From: the human T2T-CHM13v2.0 reference genome, Homo sapiens
Strand: one strand, 5' to 3'
Assembly (NCBI RefSeq): GCF_009914755.1
Contig: NC_060931.1
Length of the DNA: 64,000 bases
Part shown: in pieces, positions 1-18,094 of the stretch
Numbering within the stretch: position 1 is the first letter of the stretch
Layout of the letters: each line of letters starts with the position of its first letter
The notes under the pieces: generated by a model
The model's input: the letters and a program-made list of their open reading frames with translations, nothing else
Told to the model about the DNA's origin: nothing
Database searches by the model: none
Translations under genes and position numbers: made by a program

Positions 1-29
1 AGGAGACTCAGTACCATCTACCCCCTTGA

Positions 30-265
30 CAGCATGAGCACCGGAGTCAGCCTGCCTGAGCTCAGATGCTAGCTCTCTCACCTTCCAGCCTTTCCATCTT
101 GGGAAAGTTACTGAACTCCCTAACTCTCAGATTCCTCATGTGTAAAATGGGGATGATAATAATAGCAATTACTCAACAAGGTGACTGTGAGACTTCAATG
201 AGTTAACCAAACATCTAATTAATTAGAACAGTGCCTAGCACTTTGTAAAACATTCGATAAGTGAG
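30..265 (+). mobile_element. MIR
   Basis: Core CTCAGATTCCTCATGTGTAAAATGGGGATGATAATA...AGAACAGTGCCTAGCA. Confidence 0.75.
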
Positions 266-502
266 ATTCGATATTTATCTCTCTTTCCCTTCGAGAATGT
301 AAGTCACAAGACAGCAAGGACTTTGTTTTGTTCATTGCTGTATTTCTAGCACAAATACACTATATTCCTAGCACCTGGTACACTACAAACTCTTGGCCAA
401 AGTCAACATCATACTCAATGACAAAGCACAAGAGGCAATCTCATTCAAGACAGAAACAACAAATTTTAAAATACTGTGTCAGTTAACAAATTGGCAAATT
501 TT

Positions 503-643
503 TAGGGTGCATGGCACATCTGTAATCCCAGCTACTTGAGAGGCTGAGACAGGAGGATTGCTTGCACTCAGGAGTTCAAGATCAGCCTGGGTTGGTAATG
601 TACTGAGACCCCCATCCCCCAACAACAACAACAACAACAACAA
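503..643 (+). mobile_element. Alu monomer (FLAM/FRAM-like) with (CAA)n tail
   Basis: Single Alu arm followed by CAA repeats. Confidence 0.75.
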
Positions 644-729
644 AAGACTTCAGTGCACATGCAGCTCAGTAAATCTTTACATCTGTACACATTCATACAA
701 CCACCACCCAAGATCAAGATAAAGAATAT

Positions 730-1217
<488 letters not shown>

Positions 1218-1924
1218 TCCTGAATCTCAGAAACTCCCTCTCAGTCAATTCCCACCCAAAAGGTAAACCCTATTCTGACTCCTAGCCCCACTTATGCCTG
1301 TACTTGAACTTCACATAAACAGAGCCAAACAGTATGCTCTTTTGTACTGGGCTTCTGTGTTCAACTTTATTATGTGTGAGATCCATTCATGTTGTGTGCA
1401 TCCATAGTGTATTCTTTTTTACAGCTTGGTATTCCATTTTATGACTATACTATAATATATCCAATCTACTGTTGATGACATTTAGGTTGTTACAGTTTGG
1501 GGACAACATGAAAAATGCTGCCATGAACAGGCTTGGGTATGTCTTTTGGTGGTAATACTGACTTATCTACAGATTAACAGTTTTTGTTTGTTTTGGTAGG
1601 GGCTGGTTAATAATACCTTAGATTGGGAGGATGCAGGGAACTAAAAGTGGACACTGTAGGTGAAAGTAGAAATCGGCATAACCTTTCTGGAGGACAGTTT
1701 GGCAATAGGCACAAGAAGCCTACAAGCATCTATACCCTTTGACCAGTAACACTAGTTCAAGGAAATTTCTTATTGAGAAATTGTACATGCCAGGTCTTCT
1801 TCTAAGTGTTTTATATGTATTAACTCATTTTATTTATTCTAAGGAAATAATTAAATAACCACAATAATTTGTTTAGTATGTCAATCATACCATCATTAGT
1901 AAACATAAGAAAAAGTAGTAAACA

Positions 1925-2279
<355 letters not shown>

Positions 2280-3418
2280 TTAAACACAATGTAGCCACTA
2301 AAAATGTTTTCAAAGAACATTAAAGATACAGGAAAAAGTATACATCAATGACAAAAGGTAACATGGAATGCATAGAAAGAATTCCAATTTTTTTAAAAAA
2401 GAATATACATATACACATACCACATTATTAATAAAATAGTGGTAATCACTGGAAGACATGCGTACTTTCATATTCTTTATACTTTTCTGTACTTTCCGAT
2501 TTTTCCTTAATATATTGCTTTTATCAACTAAAAAATGCGATTAAAGACTAATAAACGGTGTTTACATTCTAACAGGAAGAAAACAGAAACTCTAATACAA
2601 TTCAATTAGGGCAGTGAGGCAATTTTGCATATGACGATATAAAAGTATTACAGAAAGACATCTAGCCTGGAGATAAGGGAGCGGGGCCTTATCAGGAAAG
2701 ACGTTTATAGTGGTACGTCCACCAAGAACTCAGGGAGAAAGAACTGTATCTCCAGGTTAGACAGAACATTCCCGGCAAAATCCTGTTAATTCCTCAACCC
2801 ATTGCCCCTAGAGTTCAATTATACACTGTACCCTGCCTGGCAAGTGTTCTTTTCTCACTTGCAAAAAGGCTTAGGGAGATGGACAGATGGGAATTGGTAT
2901 GCAGCTAAAGTTTGACAGCATCAGACCTGGAAGACGCTGGTTCCATCCACCCTGCAGCCTGACAGAAAAGCATCAAGGACAGGTCTTCCTTCCCTGTCAC
3001 AAGAAATTAGGGCAACAACTTTTCAGATTTCCTTATGTCAGAAACGCCAGGCAGAATAAACTAAAATTTATATATATCAAAATTCACTGATTCCTCAGTT
3101 TAAAAAGTCCTTCTACTTAAAGAAATAAAGTTAACAAGAAATTACCCAGGCAATGGCAATTCTCTGTATCCAACCTCCTACTCCTCCTTGCTCCTCTACA
3201 GATGGACCACCTCTGGTCCAATGAAATCTAAGCATGGTAAAGATACATCTTAGTCCTTTAGGGGTCAATTCTCATGGAAGCAAATGATATTTGTTTAATA
3301 GTTAATATAAAGGAACATTTTGCTGTGTTCCGAAAAACGATCACTCATTTTATGGTACAGTAAACATCAGAGTAAATACCACGGGAAAAACATACAGAGT
3401 CCAAATTACCAATACTTA

Positions 3419-3745
<327 letters not shown>

Positions 3746-4087
3746 TTAAACTTAATAAAAAGATACTGCTTTTGTAGGGCAGGACAATATAGCTAAATTT
3801 TCTAACTTTTGACATCTGAACCACATAAGTTTCAAGGATTGATGGTCAAAAAGACCCTGGGCTCAAAAAAACCTATTTTAGACTCACTTCCACAGATATA
3901 AAGTTACACAAATTTATGTGTCAAAGCAGAGAGGGCATATTTGTTTTGGCCTTGCTCTCCCTCCTTCCCGTAAGCCCTCTGTATTTCCTATTTCCCTATT
4001 TACAAGTGTATACTTACATGTATTACAAAATTCTCCATCAAATACCTGGGGCTTTTCATGGTTATAGTGTTAAGTGACCTAAATTAA

Positions 4088-4464
<377 letters not shown>

Positions 4465-5159
4465 CGAGACAAATTTTTATGCAGTTTAAACCGCCTCAAA
4501 TTTCAAAAAATAGTTCTTTGAAAAAAAATAAGCATTTACATAATCACCAGGGATTCTGATTTTATTCTATATAGAACCTAAATGTTCGGATAATCTTTAT
4601 TCTAGTTGCGTAGAATATGTTATGGAAACAGGATGTGGAAATAGAATTGGATATACAAGACTGCTAAAGATTATACGAAACGAGGACGCTGCCTTTCTTT
4701 TAAAGTGATAATTTACTGTGTCTTGTTTTCTGTTGTGAGAATCGGCTAGCCTGAAAACTGATTAAGTAAAACTGTACTTGAAAATTAAGTAAAACTTAAC
4801 TACACCTAGCACTAAACACTGCAAAGAACATTGTGATTTACATGGTTTTCTCTCCCTGGACCAGTAGAGGGAGACTAAGACATCTGGCCTGGTCTTGTAG
4901 TGTTTCTGTAAAATTGGGGAGGGGGGGAGCGGAGGCTGTATTTAAATGTCCTGCTGTCAATCAAAAGACACTTCCTACAATCACAGTCACCATATCTGCT
5001 ATTACTGGTGAGCGTGCTCTCGCCAAGAGACAACACCAAACGGGGCCCGGGAAACCGGCTTCAACTAAAGGTGACCGCAGGCTTTGCCACAACACCCAAA
5101 TAAGGACTTTGGGAGCCCAACCCCAACTAGTTTCTTTGTTTAAATGCCTGTGAATCCCT

Positions 5160-7260
5160 CCCACGCCGGAGTCAAGAGGCTGTGGCGCCGCCCTTTATTA
5201 GCCTCACACTTTGATTACAAAACACACGAGTCGGCGGCCTGGCTGCGGAGGCGGCCCGAGCTCTCAAACGTCAAACCCGGAGCGCGGCGGCGGCTGAATC
5301 AGAGGGCAGCGTCCGCCGCCGCCGCCAGCCGGCCCCGCAGCGTCCGCCCGGCCGACTCAAGTTCGCCGGCACCGGCGCCCGGGGCACAGCCGCAGGCGGT
5401 CCCGGTGTCGCCAGCTTCGAGCGATGGCAACTGCACTCTTTGTAAAGTTTAAGCCGCGGCGCGAGGGCAACGCAGGGGGTCCGGAGAAGCGTTCCCTTCG
5501 GGCCGCCGCAACCCACTCCATCTGCCCCAGTCCCGGCGACCCGGGTGTGTGCGGGGGCCCAGGACCGCGACCCGGGTCAACCTGCCGCCCGCCGGGGGCC
5601 CGGCCCCAACTTCCCCGGCACCTTTCAAGTCCCCGAGAGCGAGTGCCTCATCTGTTGCTCTGTTTACTCCGCGGAGCCCCGCCGAGCTGGCTGGCGCGGT
5701 CGCCTCTCCGGCCCGCCGCTGCCCCCGTCCCACTGGCCCAGGAAGTTTGATAAAGACGGGGAAGGGGGCGCGACAGGGACCCGCGGCGCGGAGGAGACGC
5801 GGGGCCGGGGCGACCCCATCGCCGCCCGGAAGGAAGGCAGGCGCGTCGGCCGGCCGGGCAGAGCGGCGGGGCGGCCGGCGACTCCGGCCGGAGCCCCGGG
5901 CGCGGCGGGGCGGGGCGGGGCGGCGGCGGCCCGGGCTGGCGAGGGGCTGCGGACCCGGCCGGCGCTCCGCCCGACGCCCCCGCCGCGCCCGCCCGGCCGC
6001 GTCCCCTCGCCCCAGGCTCCCCCTGCCAACTTATCCGCCGGCCCTCTTTGTTCGTGTTTGTTGTGGCGACTCTTCGCCCGGGCCAGGCGAGCCCACCGGC
6101 TCCCCTCTGGAGCCCGCCCGGCGAACCCGGGGCACCGCGCGCCCCACTGCCCGGCCGGGGGGCTAGGCACCGGGGCCCCCTGAAAGCTGGGCGCGGCGCG
6201 GCGGCCCGGCCCGAGGGAGGCGCGGGCGGCCGGCGGCGGCGGCGGTTGGTCGGTGGCCGGCGGTGGCGGCTGCGGGGCTGGAGGGGGTTTATTTACCTGC
6301 CGTGGAACCAGTCCTTGCAGATATCGCACTCGATCATGAAGCGGTTCACGTCGTACGGCTGCCGGCACACACAGTACACGGGCGGGGGCGGCGGAGGCGC
6401 CGAGGCCCGGCCGGGAGCCGCCACCGACACGGCTGCCGCGGCGGCTCCAGCTGCTGCTCCCGCGGCCACCGCCGCCGCCGCTCCGGCCATCTTTAAAAAA
6501 CACACACACGCTCGCTCGCTACTCCGCTCGCCGACTGGAGCGAGCGCAGCCGCCAGCCAGCGCCGCCTCCTGCAGCAGCCGCGGCGGCGGCGGCGGCGCC
6601 TCAGTGCGCGCGCGCGAGGCCGCGGCGGCTGGCGGAGGGGGAGGAGGCGCGCGCGACGCGCGAGGCCCAGACCCGGCTGCTTCCGGCGCTCGGCGCGGGG
6701 CCGTGCGTCTCGCGCACGTCTCTGGCGCCGGCGCGCGCTCCCCGCTCCTCTCCGCGACGGCCGGGCGGAGGGAGCTGTTGAAGGGCACGCAGGCGGCTGC
6801 GGGGGCGGAGGGAGCTGAGGCCCCGTGAGGACACGCGCGGTGGTGGCGGTGGCGGCGGGCGCGCGGCCGCAGCCGGAGGAGGACGGCGGGAGCGTGCGAG
6901 GAGCTGGCTCGGTTATTTCGGAGCGAGAGCCGAGGCCGGGGGAAGTTCCTGCGGAGTGCTCAAGGGCAGAAGAGGTGCCGCGTCCCGAAGAGGGGAAGCG
7001 GAGAAGTTTGCTGCTGCCCGGGTCGCCTCGCGACGCTGAGAGAATCGCCCAGCCCTCCGCAGCCGCCCAGCGAGAACCGGAGCTGCGGCCCCGCACCGGC
7101 GTGAGTCCAGCTGAGCTGACACGCCGAGCCGGTTGTGCCTTTCCGAGGGAGGAATGTGCCGTGGAATCCAAACTTTGGAAAACGTCCCACCCGAATTCCC
7201 AGCGAGCAGCAAGGAGACCAGAGCGTCGATGGAGCCACCGTTAGTTGCGGGAGGGCTGTC
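5160..7260. promoter_or_regulatory. CpG island / bidirectional promoter of KDM7A and KDM7A-DT
   Basis: Very high GC and CpG density with GGGCGG boxes and GGC runs, spanning exon 1. Boundaries estimated by eye. Confidence 0.93.
6297..6490 (-). CDS. KDM7A: KDM7A (JHDM1D) coding exon 1: Ala-rich N-terminus and PHD finger of a JmjC histone demethylase
   Basis: Translation [64 protein letters not shown] matches the KDM7A/PHF8/PHF2 PHD motif. ATG is at 6490-6488 in strong context (AAG ATG G). The exon ends GGC AG|GTAAAT, a canonical GT donor at 6296-6295 (194 nt, phase 2). Bases 1-6296 are intron 1. Confidence 0.97.
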
Positions 7261-7763
7261 CCCAAGAGGAATTCATCACTGTCGTCCGCTGGGAGGGACC
7301 AACCTTGAAATGGGGTTGGTGGAGAGAGGGATAGAGAAGAGCCGGCGTGCTTATAAATAACAAAACTTAGCTATGAACCCTTCCGATTCCCAAGTGGGGA
7401 AGATGGGGTAAAATTCTAAGTGACTTCTCGCTCCGAAGAGGGATACCACAAAAAGCGGAGCGCAGGGTACTTGGCGTATAATAAGCCATCAATAATTTAT
7501 GGGTGAAATTGAGAGCCAAATATAAGATGATAAACTGAAGAATAAAAACAGCTGACAAATACTGTATAGAAAAGATTGCGTTGGAATCATAACTGTGGAT
7601 TGGAAGTGATGTTAAGGATTATTGGATTGAGTATTTGTAGCTGAATTTCTGCTGGCATTTCTATCAGTGGGGAAAGCCCTCACAGCTCCATAGGTAATTT
7701 TTGTTAGGGGAGGAAGAAGTGTTGTTCTGTCACCCACCCCCAGGCAAAGAGTCGCTGATCTAA

Positions 7764-8182
<419 letters not shown>

Positions 8183-8837
8183 TAATCTCCTTTTTATAGT
8201 TGAGGAAAGCTAGTAACTTGACTGAAGTCTCATATATTAGAGCTGTAACTGAAGTTTTTAAGTGTCTCAATTCTGCAACTATTCGTTTTTCTATCACATC
8301 ACTGTTTGGCATATATATAGCGGGAAAAGGAAAGGCTGGAAATTAGTTGACCACACACTGATTAAGCTTGAAACATATTTCTACTGGAGAAAAAAAGGTA
8401 CTGTAATTTTGGCATAGGCATCACATATTGCTGGAGTGGAAAGACCCATGCACTCAGGTCCTGCTTTCTATAATCTGTGACCTCGGGCCAGTCACTCCAT
8501 TTCTCCTGAACTAGATCACTGATGATCTGTTGAAAGAAAAAATATGGCTAGTAATGCCTTAATTACCTCACAGAGGTTTTACATGGAGCAAAAAGACAAT
8601 GTATTTTTAAATGTACTTTGTTGAAGGTGTGTGTTGTCGAGACAATACAGCAGTGAAGAGAAGGCATGCAAAGCTGTCTTGTTGGAGTCTGGCTAAAGAG
8701 CACCAAAGCAGCCTGGTGTGGGATGTCCTCTGGGGGCCACCTGGACTTGCTATGTTAACATGGAGGGACTAGGCAGGGGTATGAAGAAGGAAGCCCAGCA
8801 GAGCAGGAGGCAGCAGCAACAATGAGAGATTGGTTAT

Positions 8838-10552
<1,715 letters not shown>

Positions 10553-10559
10553 GCAATGA

Positions 10560-11250
10560 GTTAAGGAAAATGGGAGCCAGGTTTCTCAATGTTCAGGAAG
10601 AGAATTACAAATAAGAAAAGAGGAAACTTTGGTGGTGGGCTAGTAATGGAGGTATCAATCTATCACTATTTGTAGAAATAGATATAGGTGTATATGTACA
10701 TACCCTGTCCATTGAGAGGATCTGGGAGTAGTGACACCACAAAACAATGAGAACAGCTAGCCCAGGTCTTGGCTTCTAAATACCATTCTCCACTTCATTT
10801 TTCTTCTTGGCAAAATAGTTGATTCCAGGACTGGAGAAGAGGGTACGGGATGAGCCTGGAACTTCTTGTAGTACCAGAATATAAGGACGTGCTCAAAGAA
10901 TAATGAGGCATGTCTAAAGGACACCAGCCAAATCAGGGACAAATTGTACTTCAACATTTAAAAAAAATCATGTATTATAACCCACTGAATAATATAGGAA
11001 GCTATACCAGTGTAAAGAAATACATAAATTGAAAGTTTGATAAGCAGTGGAATAGTTTCATAGCTTCAAAGTATCTCCCAACAAAATTCTTACTAATTAC
11101 AAAGGGAACTAGAGTAACTTTTCAGTGTTAAGGAGCTTGGCAGACACCATCTTAATCAAATGATCAAGTGCCATCAATAATGGGACAAATCAAGATCACG
11201 TGCCATCTGATAGGATTTGGTGAGAATACTAGCATCACTTCTGTGCATTT
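10560..11250 (+). mobile_element. Old L1 (L1MC/ME-type) 3' fragments
   Basis: CCCAGGTCTTGGCTTCTAAATACCATTCTCCAC...GATTCCAGGACTGG...GGCAGACACCATCTTAATCAA. Confidence 0.6.
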
Positions 11251-12086
11251 CTGCTCAGTCTATTTAATTAATCTCCAGTTTGGAAATGCAGCTATTTTTA
11301 AAAGTACATGAAGAGATCAGTAAAGAATAAAGACACTGTAAGGCATACAAATCTGTAAGGAAAGGTTAGAGAAATTGTAAACACAAAGATTTGATCTTGG
11401 GAAGAAAGGGATTAAGGCTAGAACTCTGGATGATGCCAACGTTTTAGTGGCAAGCCCCATACATCATAATTAAGCTCATGGTTTTGGATTCACAACCTAC
11501 TACCTCTGTGACAACTTATTAACACTTGGATTTTAGTTTTCTCATTTTAATGGGAATGGTAAGCATATCTGCTTCCCAGGGCTGGGTACACTAAAATAAC
11601 ATACTTTGCACAATTCTTAGCATATGATAAGCCATATAGCTACTAACTGCAATTATGAATAATTATTTTGCTACTTGTTCATTAATAATAATAGAGAGGA
11701 CAGCTCTATTATGAAGAGCAGCTGAAGAGTTAGGACAGAAGACTAGGAGAATATTGTCTCAAAAACAAGCGGGGGATAGAATTTCAAAAGGAAAAATATC
11801 TTGAAGAAAGACACCCAGCTCCATGCCAGCATCAGTTGACAATGACCGTGGGACTCCCTCTCCCTTTCTCCTTTGTGGTTTCTCCAATACTCGCAGATCT
11901 CTCTTAATTTTCACATCAAATCTAGGGTGTTGTGTTTGTTTTTAACACTTCACTTGTTCATTTAACCTCATTTCTCTGACAAGGAATGTTTGCTCCAAAC
12001 TAACAATTCTCCTTCCTACTACTAATGATACTGCTCTATCTCCACAACCACGTCTGCTATTCTCTTCCTTAGAAAACAAACGTACT

Positions 12087-12400
<314 letters not shown>

Positions 12401-13194
12401 AAAACAAACATATTTTGGGAATATATCTTGGGAATGCTACGTTAAACCATTGACATGCATTAAATGAGAGTGATTTGTTCTTACATAGCACTTGATCCTC
12501 CCTGTAACCTGTTCATCAGATTAACGAAACAGGGATTAACTACACAAATTAACTAGCCTGGCTAAAGTTGTGGTAGGAGGACAGAGAAATTTTAATTTTA
12601 CTGAGCTGGAGGGAAAAGGATAATGTCTGAGTGGAAAAGATTGCCTATGGAGAGTAGGTCTTGAAAGAGTATATCATGGTGCTGGGAGGAGGAAGAGTGG
12701 AGTCTAGTCGGGGAAGCAGGACCCAACACACAGAGCTCAGCAGCTTTGTTCACAGCCTGATTATCTTTGCTTCTACCCCAGGAGCTGGGAAAATTCTAAA
12801 CTGACAGCCCGAGGTTAAGATGTTATTAAAGGAGGACTGTCATGTTGAACACATTCAAAGCGCAAATGTTAATAAAAGTGGTGAAAAAGTATAAAGGAAA
12901 GCAAAGCAGATAAATGACATTAGTAAGGACAGTGAATCACAATGTAGCCAGGCATTACAAAGGATACAGTATAAAGTACATAGTATCACTTAGGAAGTAT
13001 CCTTGCCAAAAATGTTTAACCTGAATATAATTAAACCTTAAGACTTAATTTCCAGCTGACAGGAAATTCAGGAGATAGAGCAGCAACAAGTTGTATGATA
13101 CCACAAGGAAATAAGACTAATCCAAAATATGAAACATTTCACAAAACCACTAGCTTAGTTTATTTTAAAAGTTGCCATTTTTAAAACAAAGAGT

Positions 13195-13618
13195 GTAACC
13201 TGGGCAACATGGCGAAACCCCATCTCTACAAAAAATAAAAATTAGCCAGGCGTGGTGGCACGCACCTGTCGTCCCAGCTACTCAGGAGGCAGAGGCAGGC
13301 GGATCAAGCCTGGGAAGTCAAAGCTGGAATGAGATGGCCAGCGTGGTGGCTCACGCCTGTAATCCCAGCACTTTGGGAGGCCAAGGCAGGTGGATCACAA
13401 GGTCAGGAGATGGAGACCAGCCTGGCTAACATGTTGAAACCCAGTCTCTACTAAAAATACAAAAATTAGCCAGGTGTGGTGGTGCATGCCTGTAGTCCCA
13501 GCAACTCGGGAGGCTGAGGCAGGAGAGTCACTTGAACCCAGGAGGAGGAGGTTGCAGTGAGCCAAGATCACGTGCCACTGCACTCCAGCCTGGGCAACAG
13601 AGCAAGACCCTGTCTCAG

Positions 13619-13649
<31 letters not shown>

Positions 13650-13650
13650 C
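13195..13650 (+). mobile_element. Partial Alu followed by a full Alu
   Basis: Internal Alu fragment at about 13195-13330, then a full dimer from about 13336 with a (CAAAA)n tail. Confidence 0.88.
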
Positions 13651-14287
13651 AAGGAAGAAAGAGAGAGGGCAAGAGGGAGGAACATTTTTCTAGATCAAAG
13701 TCTTAAGAAACATAACTAAATAATACAATTCATGAAGCTTGATGGATCCTGATTCTAAAATATCAGCTATAAAAGACAGTTTGAGGGATAATTTTGAAAT
13801 TTTAATATAATCTGGATGTTAGGTGAAATTAGGGAAACACTAATTTTCTTTGGCATGATACATTATCATGGTTTATAGAAGAATGTCATTTTTAGAAGAC
13901 TCGTGCTGAAGCTTTTAAATGATGTCACACTTGCTTTAAAAGATTCAGCAAAAAAAAAGAAGAGGGTGAGGAGAAAGATGAATGAAGCAAACACAATAAT
14001 ATTCACAATTGTTAAATCTAGATAATTATATGTCTGTGGATGTTTATTGTACTATTTGATATTTTTCATAATAAAAAGTTTAAGAATATAGACTCTTTCT
14101 TGAGTCTGGCTGGAAGTTTAATAAATCATATTTTCATAATTGATTATTTCCTATTTTGAATACCTCAATAGTTTATTTTCTTGTTATAACATCTTCTAAA
14201 GTTGCACATCTTCCAGAGATCAAAATGTTATGGGGCCACTATTTTGTTAAGTTTTATAACCCAAATGGATCATGAAATAAGAATGTA

Positions 14288-14580
<293 letters not shown>

Positions 14581-15441
14581 TGGTTCTTCTAAATGGAGAT
14601 GGAGAGGGTACTTTTTTAGACTAATATATACATACACAGAGTCTCCTAAATCCTCTGAGGGCTGTGCTCTCATCCCTCTCTCCCTAATCTAATGAGACAT
14701 GTTACTCATGGGAGTACGCTACACTTGTGATCAGTGTGGAAGGAGAAAAAATTTGAGAACCACTGTCTTCCTATAAAAAGTTGCACATTTACCTCTGTCT
14801 ATCCACGAAAAAAACTCTGGACAAATTTCCATAGAGGGACATTTCTACAAAATATCCAATCAGTATTCCTCAAACTATCAAGGTCATGAAAAACAAGACA
14901 AATCTGAGAAATTGTCACAGCCAAGAAGAACCTAAGGAGCCATGACAAGTGTGATGTGGTGTCCTAGTTGGGATCCTGGAAAAAGAATGGACATTAGGTT
15001 ACAACTAAGAGAATCTGAATAAATTATGAGCTTTAGTTATGAACGTGTATCAATATCAGTTTATTAATTATAACAAACATTAATATATCGGACTAATGTA
15101 AGATACCAGTAATAGGGGCAACTGGGTACGTGCATTGCAGTCTCTGTGCTATGTTCTTTTCTGTAAATGTAAAACTGTTCTAAAACTAAAACCTATGCAA
15201 ATTTTTTTTGAGTTTTACCTATCAGGGATCTAGCGCTTAAAGCTGTCCCATGGTCATAAATGCTTTGAATTTATATATTGCCTTGGTCTATCAAAACCCT
15301 GTTCCATACATTATCTACAAAGTCCCTGGGTTTCAAATGCCAACCCAGTTACTCAAAAATAGTTATGTGGGCCCTAGTCGTGGTTTCCCATTTTGAATTC
15401 TGTGATGCTTTAGTGTAGTTTGGGAAGATATTCCTGGTGGG

Positions 15442-15736
15442 AGGCCGGGCGTGGTGGCTCACATCTGTAATCCCAACACTTTGGGAGGCCAAGGTGAGCA
15501 GATCACGAGGTCAGGAGTTCAAGACCAGCCTGACCAACATGGTGAAACCCCATCTCTACTAAAAATACAAGAATTAGCTGGGTGTGGTGGCACGCACCTG
15601 TAATCCCAGCTACTCAGGAGGCTGAGGCAGGAGAATCACTGAACCTGAGAGACGGAGGTTGCAGTGAGCCGAGATCCCGCCACTGCACTCCAGCCTGGGT
15701 GACAGATCAAGACTCCATCTCAAAAAAACAAAAAAA
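15442..15736 (+). mobile_element. Alu
   Basis: Full dimer; TSD ATA(T/C)TCCTGGTGGG. Confidence 0.93.
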
Positions 15737-15790
15737 TACTCCTGGTGGGGTAAATAACATATTGTTTAATAATGATTAAATCTAGAAAAT

Positions 15791-15795
<5 letters not shown>

Positions 15796-15862
<67 letters not shown>
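15796..15862. repeat. Compound (TC)n(TG)n microsatellite
   Basis: Directly visible. Confidence 0.97.
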
Positions 15863-15863
<1 letters not shown>

Positions 15864-16610
15864 CTGTTATTAGCCTGAGGGGTTGGCTAAATTTAAAAGT
15901 AAAATGCATTCATCCATCCATTCATTTGTCATTATTGTCCACTATAAACATATGATAGTTGCTAAGCACACGGGGATCAAAGACACATTCTCTGTCCTCC
16001 AAGGGCTCCCATTCTGTAAAAGAGATAGACAATTAAATATGAAATTGCAACCTAATATACTCAGTACCGTGGTGGAGAAAAACACAAAGAGCTGCAGCTG
16101 CATGGAGGAGGGACACCTAACCCAGACTGGGGCTAATCAGAGTGTGTTTCGTCCTAAAGGACGTCCTAAAGGATGAAACATTGAAAGAAATTCTGTGTCC
16201 TTCATCATCCCCATTTATGAAATATGAAAAATTTTACCTTTCAAGAAACATAAGAAAATGTTACTCCCAACTCAAGTAGATTTTTCTATGGATTTATTTA
16301 ATGTTAGGTGTTTGGTTTTTCACATTATAAGAGGCGAACAAAATCACCAAGGTAGTACTTATCAATAAATAAGGTTGAGATCTGTGTCTTCAAAGGAGAT
16401 TGAATGAGAGACAGTGGAAAAAACCCTACTATATCAACAACCACAGACATTTATTAAGCACTGAAGGCAGTCTGTTTAGCAATATTATAAGTATAAAGAA
16501 AAAGTTGATAAACACTGTAATGGAAAATTCTGGGCATGTTCTTATAAATTTTTTTCCATTCTTATTTTGGGGGTAATTCATCCCTGTTTCTGATTGATGG
16601 TAATCAATAG

Positions 16611-17270
<660 letters not shown>

Positions 17271-17877
17271 AAGTAATTCTTTTGTGACTTGAAAATTGCA
17301 ACACTAAATATATATGTAATAACTTCAGATATTGCGCATTGTCTTTAAAATCCTCATATGTGTCTTACAAAGCTTTTTACCCATGGATAACTAATTTATG
17401 GCCTAATAAATCTATAGATTTAATTAAATTGTGAGTCCTATCTCTTCATTTTATTGCCTCACAGATTTATTCCTTTATAGGTTCTAATTAAGAAATTAAA
17501 CCAAAAGGAATTCAAAGTTTTAACTTTATTTTCTAATTTGCACAAAAGCTGCAAAATACCACTAAATATTAATATATTTCTTCATAATGTAGGAGATAGA
17601 GTTCAGAATTCCCAACTATCTTTTGCTTAAGTACTTAAAAATCATCATTAATATATAGTCAGCCCTATTATTCAGGAGTAGTTATGAGAAAGAAGTTTAT
17701 ATTGCCATATGTTTGAGGAAGAATAGGTTTAAAGATATTTTAACGCGTGTATTGAAAAGGACAACTTTATCATGTAGTAACAAAGATAAGCTGGATTCAT
17801 AGGATTTTATGGAAGTCTGTTTCAGGTAAGACACTGATGTCTCCAAGACAGGATGTCATGGAGAAAATGAAAGGCAT

Positions 17878-18047
17878 GGCAGATCACTTGAATTCAGGAA
17901 TCCAAGACCAGCCTGGCCAACACGGTGAAACCTCATCTCTACTAAAAATACAAAAATTAACCGGGCGTGGTGGGGGAGGTGGAGGTTGCAGTGAGCCGAG
18001 TTTGCACCACTGCACTCCAGCCTGGGCGACAGAGTGAGACTCTGTCT

Positions 18048-18094
<47 letters not shown>

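Noticed and set aside
6491-6510. GTGTGTTTTTTAAAG immediately before the KDM7A ATG as a splice acceptor from an upstream exon
   Set aside because: It is AAG rather than YAG with a short pyrimidine tract, and it lies within the promoter island; simpler as 5' UTR.
5144-7265. Many long overlapping ORFs (200-290 aa) on both strands in the KDM7A CpG island
   Set aside because: They are Arg/Gly/Pro/Ala-rich, mostly lack ATG starts, and are expected from stop-codon scarcity in GC-rich DNA. Only 6490-6297 matches a known protein.
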